DNA of 64,000 nucleotides from positions 88,970,001-89,034,000 of the forward strand of contig NC_043000.1 of the NCBI RefSeq assembly GCF_006345805.1, written 5' to 3'. The DNA is from Octopus sinensis (lineage: Eukaryota). Within the stretch, counting starts at the first letter, position 1, and every line of letters begins with the position of its first letter. The translations under genes and the position numbers were made by a program. This document shows positions 53,894 through 64,000 of this stretch, one piece after another. Below the pieces are notes generated by a model. That model saw only the letters and a list, made by a program, of their open reading frames with translations, ran no database searches and had not been told where the DNA came from.

Positions 53894-54988
53894 CATAAAA
53901 AGCACCATCCGAACGTGGCCGATGCCAGACCCCTCTGGCACCTGTGCAGGTGGCACGTAAAAAACACCCACTACACTCGCGGAGTGGTTGGCGTTAGGAA
54001 GGGCATCCAGCTGTAGAAACACTGCCAGACTAGACTGGAGCCTGGGGCAGTCCTGAGCTCCCCAGACCCCGGTCGAAACCGTCCAACCCGTGCTAGCGCG
54101 GAAAACGGACGTTAAACGATGATGATGATGATGATATATATATATATGATTTATATTACTATTTCATTGAACACCATGCATCCATTTCCAAGTAAGGTTA
54201 TCTAATATTTTTGATGCCACTCTACTCTATACTGTTCTCTTCCTCTATTGTTTTCTCTCTCATCCTTTCTCTAATTCCATTTTTCTCCCATTCACAGTTT
54301 TTTCTCTGTCTCTCTCTCTCTCCCTCCTTCTCCTTTACTCTCTCTCACTCTTGTTGCTCATCCATCTTTCTTTTCCTCACATGATCATCTTTCCTTTCTT
54401 TCAGGGCTGTCATAAAGACTGCACGTATCCTGTCTATCTCTCACTTATGTCTTGTCTTTTCTCTTGTCAAACAAAATATTTCTCCAGCGCTCACTATTTC
54501 ACCTTCGTCTGGCCTAACAACCCTCCATTTTTGTTTTCATTCAGTTTCCTTTCATGCCTTCTCTGTCTTGTTTTTGTTACCAACTTTGATCCTCTATAAA
54601 TCCCGAATTCTGTTTTGGCTTTTGTGGGAGCAACTGCCTCCGAAGACTCATATTGCGCTTCAATGCTCGAAATGAGGAGTATATGGACAGCCGACAACTG
54701 GTGAAGGGTCTTATGTATGTTACTTGCTCTGTTTTCCATTTCTTTGTCTTGTTATTTGTGTATTCAACTCATTTGTTTTCATGTTTCATGTTGTTTACAG
54801 TTTGTGATGTCCTGCACCCATATATGCATATACATGTGTATGTGTGTATGCATATATATATAGTTTATTTATTATTAAATATAATAATATTAATTATCTT
54901 TACATGCTTTAAGTTACAAAACAATTTGTCGTGTATTATGTTTATAATTAAATAAATTTACATCATATTATTTCTGTCATTTATAACT

Positions 54989-55034
<46 letters not shown>

Positions 55035-55164
55035 TATATGATATGTGTGTGTGTAATAAATGAAAAATGTTTAATAAATACAGAAATGAAAAGTAAAAAA
55101 TATATAACATATGTTTTGTGCACAAACAGATAGAAGACAGACATAGAAGGTCCCTAATTCTTCA

Positions 55165-55620
55165 TCAACTGATATTACTCAGTTTGGCACCATTCATGAT
55201 AAGACTGAGATGTTTCCCGTGGTGGCAGTGTCTGTGAAAGTTGCAAAGAATATAAGACCTAGAGCAAGCAATACATGGATAACAAGGAATACAGAAGTGG
55301 ACATAGGAAAGTGAATAACTGTAATTTAAGATGATGGATGACAGACAAAGGTGAAATAGATAAGAAACAAGCAGACTACAACCGCAGGGCCAAAAGAACA
55401 TGAATGGTGTGTGTCGCTAGGAGGGCAATCCTAAGGGATTAGAAAAGCAATAGAAAGCAAGACGTGTACCAGTGAGACACAGAGAATTTGGGGCCAGTCA
55501 TCTACACAACTGGTATATACATATAAATTATTAAAGTGGTCAGTCGCAATTTCAAACCAAAAGGCAGTAGTATAGTCATCACTTAAGTGACTCAGGGTGC
55601 AAGCCAGCAGCAGCATTGCT
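55165..55620 (+). mobile_element. Old RTE-like LINE 3' fragment
   Basis: Broken translation resembling W.WAGH…RW…EW.P…GR; heavily degraded. Confidence 0.35.
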
Positions 55621-55670
55621 GGAAATAAGTGTCAAAACAACTTTTAGCCATTGGCAAAGTACTATCTTTT

Positions 55671-55704
<34 letters not shown>

Positions 55705-55804
55705 CTCTCTCTCTCTCTCTCTTTCAGCTAGCATAGTGATTCACAAAACCTATCCACCATATAACCCAAGGAATAGTAGTAACTAATTTTCATTGCAATT
55801 TCAG

Positions 55805-55874
55805 GCGCAAATAATCCAAGTAGCAAAAGATTATGAAGACAAATTAGAAAATGTTGTTACAGCTGATGAGCCAG
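55805..55874 (+). CDS. TSNAXIP1: Internal exon of TSNAXIP1-like gene
   Basis: ATTTCAG| … CCAG|GTATGT, 70 bp, phase 0/1: AQIIQVAKDYEDKLENVVTADEP; continues in phase from LKPLK and aligns to the recalled AKLVTVNEDCNERILAMRAEE. Confidence 0.8.
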
Positions 55875-58800
55875 GTATGTTAAATAATATCATATTATAT
55901 TTCATTTGAGTTTAATCACATATTTAAGTATTAACGTTTTATGTTTTAACTTTTACTCATTCAGTCATTGCACTGCAGCTGCGTTAGGGTACAAACTTAA
56001 AGGGTTTTAGTTAAACAAATCAATCCCAACACATTTTTATTTATTATTATTGAGTGAGAGAGCAAAGCCTGCCATCAAAGTGATATTGGGGTACAAATAT
56101 ATGAAGCCAGATATACTCATCATGATTTCCTATCTGATAAGGGTAAACAAGGCACATGCATCACAACCATACATGCACAACATTGTGACCTCATATCAAG
56201 ATAAACAGCGCATGATCTTGCAGATGGGTCCCAGTTAGAATTTTCTTCAGGTTGAGTAGCCCATCCTATTCATAAAGTTTAAGGATGTTGAACATACAAC
56301 TACTCTGAAAGTCAGGTTGTCACCAACTATAACTGCTTATTGCTGTAAGTTTATATGTCATCAGTTATAAACAGTAGGTTTGGCTGCGTTTTGACAGGTT
56401 ACAGGTTATGATCGTTCATATAGATTTGAGTATAATTATATACACATATAATGTTCATACATATAGGTAAATGTCGCTTGTCTTAATGACCTATTTGCAA
56501 GAAGGAGTTTTGAGGTGTACACAGAATGCAGATATGTAATATACACTCTGAGCCACATTCAGCATGTATATTGAAGAAGACTGACATTTCACTAGCGCAG
56601 TTATATGACAGTTTAAATAAGATAAGAAAATATGTCCAATAGCAAGATGAAAATATCTGTGGAAGTAAATTTAAGAAGTTATGTTTATTCGGAAAATATT
56701 ATTTAGTTTCATCGTACTGGGTTGACTGTATTTTCTCATGTTGACAAAGGCTTGAGTATATCTCCATAGGGGTGCATTCATATTAACCTTATTAACATAC
56801 AATGAGAGTTTGCAGTACACATTATACAAAAGAGAAGAATGGACTGAGTTTAACTCCAGTTGTTTATTTACAGAAAATAGTAAAAATATAAACAGTGAAT
56901 TCATCATGACATAATCATGATGGAAAAATTGTAGTTCATGTTGTATATGAAGTAAGCATTTTTAAAAAGTATCTGTTGCGAGAATGATGACAGATACTTA
57001 GAATTTACTTAGCTAATTCTTTAAAGTTCTTGAGAATAGCATGATATAAGGTCATGAAGAATGAACAATGCAAAATAGCAATGCCGAATTGAGTGACAAG
57101 GCCCTGTGTGGCAACCAAGTGTCACTAAATAATTTCCCAAAAATCTGGGTTTAAATAACTGTCATAAACCCGATTCTAGTTGCCTTTCTCCATTAAAAAG
57201 AACATCTTCATGGAGACTAGAATCAGTGATGGAACAGTAAAATTGACCAATAAAAAACACACACGACATTTATAAACAAAAGGCAGCTGGACACAACTAT
57301 TATGTCATGCTGCTGCTCTGCTACAAACAAAACCATTTCTAGAGGTGAATTATTCAAACCCCCAAGAATTCCTCTCCCACTAATTTCTGCTCATGATCAG
57401 AGATGCAATTATCGTCAGCCAACAAGAGACCTGCTCAACTGGATAATATAATGACATATATTATCTGGGCTTCTACACAGTTTCTGTCTACCAAATTCAC
57501 TTGCAAAGCCCTAGTTGGTCTGGAGCTATAGTAAAGGACACTTGCCCAAGTTGCCATGCTGTGGTCCTGGACCCAAATCTACAAGATTTATTATTTCAGA
57601 GTGACATAATTTGTTATCCATTTGTTGTTGTCTTTAAATAATAGAATAAAATAAATGCACTCTTTTAAAGCCTAGGCAGGCTCATGGGCCCGGTTTCCCG
57701 GTTTCAATGGGATGTGTTCCCCAGCTGTTACTCATTTTGGCCAGCTGAGTGGACTGGAGCAACATGAAATGAAGTGTTTTGCTCAAGAACACAATGCATC
57801 ACACGGTCTAAGAATTGAAACCACAGTCTTATGATCATGATGCTGACACCCTAACCACTAAGCCACACGCCTCCACTGTTGTCTTTTAACCCTAGGTGTA
57901 TCTGGATTAGATAAACTAACAATCAAGTGTATTCCGGCTGTGACTCTCCTGTTTTTTTATTCAACCAATCCAACTCCAATTCCTCAATATGTCTTTTCTT
58001 TTATGAGCTGCCATGGTGTGATTTGTGGAAGATCCTACATTGCCTCAATGAGTTTGTCTTCCTATCAAATTTTACAAAGAAATGTTAAGTTGTTGTTGTT
58101 GTTGTTGCATCAGCTCCAGATCATCTTTGTGACTCAGATAATCAGCCAAATTATGAGGTGCAATCCACAAGTCCGTCTTCTTGGTTCAGGAGTTCTGGAG
58201 GTTTTAAGGAGTGTGGAACCACCACTTAGTCACTATTGTTTCCCAATTTACTCTGACCTTGAGTAGCAGCACCTCTCAGTTCCCAGCTATGAGTTAAGTA
58301 GTGCGTAAATAGAGGTCAGCTGCAAATATAGGGATAAACAGCCCCAGAATAAATCACAGGTGACCCTTTGGCAAGACTTAACACCTGGTAACAACCAGAA
58401 CAAGTATCCCATTGGAAACCATGGGATACAATAGTGTGGATGTGAACTATTTTAGCTGATAAGCTTATTCAGTCATTGGTGAATATCATTAGATGCTAAG
58501 CGGATGAACAATCAGAAAACTGTCAATGGCCAGGATCAGCCAGTTTAATTAGTAATTACTGTTACTATCTGTAGTCACAGAATGTGCAGATGAGATATTC
58601 AGCTATTGAAAGACCAGTATGACTTATTTGTCTGGGCAAGTCACCCAATCAGATGATGATGAAGGGTCATACTTCACACTGCACATTCTGAAATGCTGTG
58701 AATAATAGTAAAGTGTTCAGCCTGTACATATGGCATACTGCCTTCATATCCAATCTGTTTCCTTACATTCTAATGGTGAACACAGGAGTTGTGCATGAAG

Positions 58801-59362
58801 CAGACCCATTTTGAGTGAAAGAGCTGCTGATCCTTTATAGCTTTTTGCTAGTAGTATGTATTTCAGCACAATGTATAAGAATTAATCAGATTTTCTTCAG
58901 AAGTTGCACACTTATCTTTATCTCTCTGATAATAAGAAATATAGTTTTTAGCTATATTTGTAATCGCTCTAAATAAGTCTTCTGTAAATTAGCAATTCTG
59001 ATTTGCATAGTGTTTGACTAGCAGTTAGACACTATTTATACAAATCAGAGTTGTTGATTTATTGAAGACCACATCTGTAGTAACTATATATGTGTGTGTT
59101 AGCTGTATTTCTCTGTGGACAAGATTAATTTGAAAGTATACTTTTCAGTACATTATTTCCATTATCTAAAATATGCTACTTAGTGCATTAATAATTAATG
59201 AACATCATTATTGTTATCACCACCACAACCACCACCATCATAATGATAATAATGCCAATAATAATGATACAAATAATGGATTCAAATTTTTGCACAAGGG
59301 CAGCAGTTGTGAGGCAGAGGTGTAAGATTATACTGTAAACCCTAATATTGACTGCTACTTTA

Positions 59363-59615
59363 TGAGGTGGTATCAGAAGGTTCCTGGACTCTTTACCCTT
59401 TACTCTCTCTTTACTATTTTAATTGTTTCAGTCATGTGACTGTGGCCAAGCTGGAGCACCGCCTTTAGTCAAGCAAATCAACCCCAGGACTTATTCTTTG
59501 TAAGCCTAGTACTTATTCTATCAGTCTCTCTTGCCGCTAAGTTATGGGGACATAAACACACCAGCATCAGTTGTCAAGCGATGTTGGGGGAGCAAACACA
59601 GTCACACAAACATAT

Positions 59616-59655
<40 letters not shown>

Positions 59656-59669
59656 GAAGCATTCGATGA

Positions 59670-59721
<52 letters not shown>

Positions 59722-60725
59722 TACGATGGGCTTGTTTCAGTTTCCGTCTACCAAATCCACTCACAAGGCTTTGGTCGGCCTGAGGCTATAGTAGAAGACA
59801 CTTGCCCAAGGTGCTACACAGTAGGACTGAACCCGGAACCATGTGGTTGGTAAGCTAGCGGCTTACCACACAGCCACTCCTATGCCTACTACTAGTGATG
59901 TTTAATAAAAAAAATAACTTATTTACCTATGTTCTAACATCATCTTCAATATAGTCACCTTGTGCAGCAATACACCGGACCCAGCATTCCTACCACTTTT
60001 GAAATCTGGCCTGGAAGTAATTTTCCATGAGTTGGGGACCTTCTGCGATTTGCTCTGGATCTTGACAATGGTGTTAAAATGATAACCTTTGAGCTGCATT
60101 TCATTTTGTGGAAGAGATGGTAGTCTGCAAGGTGCTAAATCTGGTGAATAGGCCAATCCAGAAGCAATACCATGTTGTTTTCAGTGAGAAACTCACGAGT
60201 GAGGAGAGCTTGAAGAATCCAGTTCTTCATGCTCCATTTATCCGGTCGCTTTCACCAAATGTCCTTCATTGAATGCTTCAAAACATCACAGTAGAACTCT
60301 CAATAGATGGTCTGGCCCTGGGAGACTAATTCTCCATGCACAATACTACATTTCCAAGGATGATGCTCGTGGCAGGTCCTCCAGATCACTAGCCATCTTC
60401 CAGGGACATTTTTCTGCTTTTGTAGTACCTGTGTCACTTGAATCGTTGTGTACGGCCCATTGCATCATTACCATAAGCATTCTAAAGCATGCTCAATGTC
60501 TCTGTAGCAGACTTCCCAAGTTTAACTCAAAATTTCACATTGGTTCTTTGTTCCAACTTCCTGTCCAGGACAAAATCACAGACCACAGCATACACATGAT
60601 CACAAATTTCACAACATCACAAATAGTGATGTCATTCAGCATACTGCCTTATGAAGGTGACTACTAGCTCTGACTGTGCTTGCAATTGTGTGTTGCCATC
60701 TGTTAGTGTACTTACAGAACCAGTC
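59363..60725 (-). mobile_element. Degenerate mariner transposon interrupted by a SINE
   Basis: N-terminal LEQRTNVKF.VKLGKSATETLSML.NAYG, YSPDLAP motif, C-terminal W..C…QGD; terminal repeat at 59363-59392. Confidence 0.85.
59395..59890 (-). mobile_element. SINE family A inserted into a mariner element
   Basis: Separates the mariner body (59905 onward) from its terminal repeat (59363-59392). Confidence 0.8.
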
Positions 60726-60868
60726 CGCTTTGTATTTTGTCAATCCCGAAAGTATGAAAGGCAAAGTCAACCTCAGTGGAATTTGAACTCAAAATATTAA
60801 GAACTAGAAGAAGTACCATTTACCGTTTCGTCTGATATGCTAATAATTCTGCCAAGTCACTACCTTAA

Positions 60869-61088
60869 CTCTTTATCCTTCAGATTTTTCTGTCAAATAT
60901 AATGCTTATTTATTTACACTGCTTGGAATTCATCATGCATTATGTTGTATTTTTGAGATTTCAACGACGTGACTGTTTAATTTTAGAATGACATTGAAGA
61001 GTAGGTGTAAGAGGCTAGATCTGGATAGTTTTAATATAAAATAGGTTGAATATTTTGGCCTGATATGGCTGGTTTAAATGCTAAAGGG
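60869..61088 (-). mobile_element. piggyBac-type MITE, same family
   Basis: TTAA|CTCTTT…CTAAAGGG|TTAA; a partial copy also lies at ~39778-39905. Confidence 0.8.
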
Positions 61089-61968
61089 TTAATTAATAAT
61101 AATTTTTTTACTGATTTTGGTACAAAATCAGTAATTTTAAGGAGAGAGGGGAAGTCAATTACATCAACACCAGTTCTTGACTGGTACTTATTTTAACAAA
61201 CTTAAAAGGATGATAAGCAAACTTAGCCTCAGGGAAATTTGTACTCAGACCATAAAGAATTGGAAGAAATGCCACTAAGCATTTTGTCTGACACACTAAC
61301 AATTCTGTCTGCTCACCATCATAATAATGGTTTGAAATGGTTTCACATTTTGGCTCATAGCCAGCAGTTTGGAGGAGGATTCTAGTCAATTACATTGACC
61401 CTAGGATTCAAGTGGTACTTATTTAATCGACCCTAAAAGGATGAAAGGCAAAGTCAACCTTGACAGAATTTTAACTCAGAACGTAGATACAGACAAAATG
61501 ATGCTAAAGTTTTGTCTGGTGTACTAACCATTTTTCGCAGCTTAATAATAGTGATAATAATAATGGTTTTAAATTTTGGCACAAGGCTAACAATTTTAAG
61601 TGGACAAGTGAATTGCATTGAACCCAGTGTTCAACTGATACCTATTTTATCAACACTGATGCAAGGCAAAATCAATCTTGCTGGAATTTGAACTCAGAAA
61701 ATGAAACCAGAAAAAATGCTGCTAAGCATTTTGTGTTGCATGGTAGCAATTGTGCCAGCTCACTGCCTTAACAGCAACAATAGATATAGTAACTATTTTC
61801 CAGTGTTTCGGTATGTGACTTAGTGGTTAGCGTGTTGGACTGATGATCATAAGATAATGGTTTCAATTCTGGGCATTGTGTTCTTGAGCAAAACACTTTA
61901 TTTCACATTGCTCCAGTCTGCTCAGCTGGCAAAAATTAACATTCACACCTGGTTATTGGATGATAGAT

Positions 61969-62186
61969 TTAATCTACTGCCTAGATTAATATCATCACCT
62001 AGTCGTTGTGTTAAACTTAATCCACTTCCCAGATTAACAGCACCATCGTATCAGTGTTTCTTAAACTTAATCCACTTTTCAGATTAGGACCACCACCTGG
62101 TCCTTAGTGGAAAGAGTTAATCTATTGCCAAGATTAACACTACCATGGTTCATGGGTGGTGGGGGTTAATTCCCCATCCAGTTAAA
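61969..62186. repeat. Five degenerate ~49-bp units, each with a TTAATC-N9-GATTAA dyad
   Basis: Dyads at 61969, 62017, 62067, 62117 and (degenerate) 62166. Confidence 0.75.
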
Positions 62187-62749
62187 TAACATCACCTACT
62201 TCTTAGGTCCTTTTCACAAAGTCCACTTTGTCACAGACTTTCGAGCTGGGTCTCGGGTTTGAGGATAACATCTCCTCCTGCTACCAACAGTTTCATGGGC
62301 CATGGCAAAAAACAAAAGCAAAATGGATTGTAAGTGATGTTCTCTACTCTCTAAAAAAGTATCACACAACATCTTGTAATCTAACTTAATAAGTTCTTAA
62401 TAGGGAAAATGGATGATGAAATTGATGGAGACAGTAGAGATGATCTGGACTTGATGTTGTATGTTTTATGGCATTTAATTTATAACACCACTGCACTGAG
62501 TTTCAAATTTCACTGTAGCTTACTGCAAGGCCTCTCTGAATGGGGTACAACAGCAATCTACCAAGTGTTTGTCTTAGACCTGAGTAAAGAGGAAAAGAAA
62601 AAGAAATGACAGAGACTCTACATAGTCATTTGGACTATTAAAAATAGCAGCCAAAATGTCCCTCCAATCATACCCTGCTATCTAAAAATGAAAGCCTTCT
62701 GAGATTTTGGAAAAGATAAAGGCATGTTGGTCATGCTAGAATTGCCTTT

Positions 62750-63145
62750 TGAGGCGAGCTGGCAGAAATGCTTAGTAGTATTTTGTCTGCTGTTACGTTC
62801 TGAGTTCAAATTCTGCTGAAGTCGACTTTGCCTTTCATCCTTTCGGGGTTGATTACATAAGTACCAGTTATGCACTGGGGTCGATATAATCAACTTAATC
62901 TGTTTGTCTGTCCTTGTTTGTCCCTTCTGTGTTTAGCCCCTTGTGGGTAGTAAAGAAATAGGTATTTTGTCTGCTGCTACGTTCTGAGTTCAAATTCTGC
63001 CAAGGTCGACTTTGCATTTCATCCTTCCTGGGTCGATTAAATAAGTACCAGTTACACACTGGGGTTGATATAATCAACTTAATCCATTTGTCTCTTCTTG
63101 TTTGTCCCTTCTGTGTGTAGCCCCTTGTGGGCAGTAAAGAAATTA
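62750..63145 (+). mobile_element. Two head-to-tail SINE family B copies
   Basis: Full copy 62752-62965 followed directly by a 5'-truncated copy. Confidence 0.85.
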
Positions 63146-63613
63146 GAAATTAGAATTGCCTTTTGATTATAGTCTGCTTCAGTATCATTATTCTGGAAGT
63201 AAATAATAATAATAAGAAACCACCAACAAAGATACTTCAAGAGCAATCAAGTTTTATGAGATAAGGCAGTCTTCTCATAAGATGAGAGAGCTAAAACAAA
63301 GTTTCTCAACTTGCTATAAATAGCAGGCAAATCATCCTCAAAAAACCAAATTATCCTATCATCTTAAAACGATGTGTCTTTCATCTGTGAAGTCACACAC
63401 ATTTATGTAAAGGTGAGATGGCCATGGCTGAAATACCATTGATCATAGGGCTGCTTGATTGTGGCTGACCTGGAGCTAAACAATAATAACAATTAATTTT
63501 TTAAAATTAACCCTTGTTTCTATTTTTATTTATTTATTTTTCTAATTTTTAAATTCTGAACAAGTTTACTGGGTGACAGATATTACTAAAGTAAAGGAAG
63601 AAGAATATGAAGT

Positions 63614-63730
63614 ACTATAATCTCTCGCTCATATTGTGGTTCACCTATCACGGTTCACCTATCGTGGTTTATTATTTAAGCTTACGTCGATTCCTCTGAG
63701 GTGTTGTTTTGTATTTTTGATAAGATTAAT
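63614..63730 (+). mobile_element. Probable Tigger-type MITE end
   Basis: TA followed by CTATAATCTCTCGCTCATATTGTGGTTCACCTATCACGGTTCACC; resembles Tigger-type termini from recall. Confidence 0.4.
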
Positions 63731-64000
63731 ATGTACATCATCATCATCGTTTAACATCCGCTTTCCATGCTAACATGGTTTGGACAATTTGACTGAGGAT
63801 TGGCGAACCAGATGGCTGCACCAGGCTCCAATCTTGATCTGGCAGAGTTTCTACAGGTGGATGCCCTTCCTAATGCCAACCAATCCGAGAGTGTAGTGGG
63901 TGCTTTTAAAGTGTCACCGGCACGAGGGCCAGTCAGGCAGTACTGGCAATGGTTACATTCAAATGGTGTTTTTTATGTACCACCTGCACAGGAGCCAGTC

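Noticed and set aside
61969-62186. CRISPR-like repeat-spacer array
   Set aside because: Eukaryotic context, no cas genes, repeats too degenerate, and spacers partly related to each other.
62409-62609. 66-aa ORF MDDEIDGDSRDD…
   Set aside because: No recognisable domain or splice support.
63559-63612. Next TSNAXIP1 exon (DITKVKEEEYE), phase-compatible with 55874
   Set aside because: Weak acceptor and donor, runs into a stop and a MITE; similarity too slight to call.

Overview
AT-rich, repeat-saturated eukaryotic genomic DNA. The SINE families, microsatellite load and LINE/mariner complement suggest an octopus (coleoid cephalopod); this is inference from recall, not a search. One host gene is recognisable: a + strand TSNAXIP1-like ciliary/flagellar gene. 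It has three well-supported internal exons (27197-27442, 39569-39703, 55805-55874) and a likely first coding exon (17805-17848) just downstream of an RFX X-box. The rest is intronic or intergenic mobile DNA: three tRNA-derived SINE families, RTE-tail elements, two RTE-clade LINEs (one with a PHD finger inside its RT), a young GC-rich CR1-type LINE, Penelope-like fragments, Tc1/mariner and Tigger relics, piggyBac-type MITEs and Helitrons. It also holds a ~371-bp satellite array with a 5-unit higher-order pattern, a 157-bp C-rich repeat and a ~957-bp tandem duplication. The most interesting observations are a hammerhead-ribozyme palindrome beside an exon, a frame-incompatible micro-exon, the satellite higher-order structure and a TTAATC-N9-GATTAA dyad array near 62 kb. 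No prokaryote-type system (CRISPR, operon) is present. Many single-base indels suggest long-read assembly errors.
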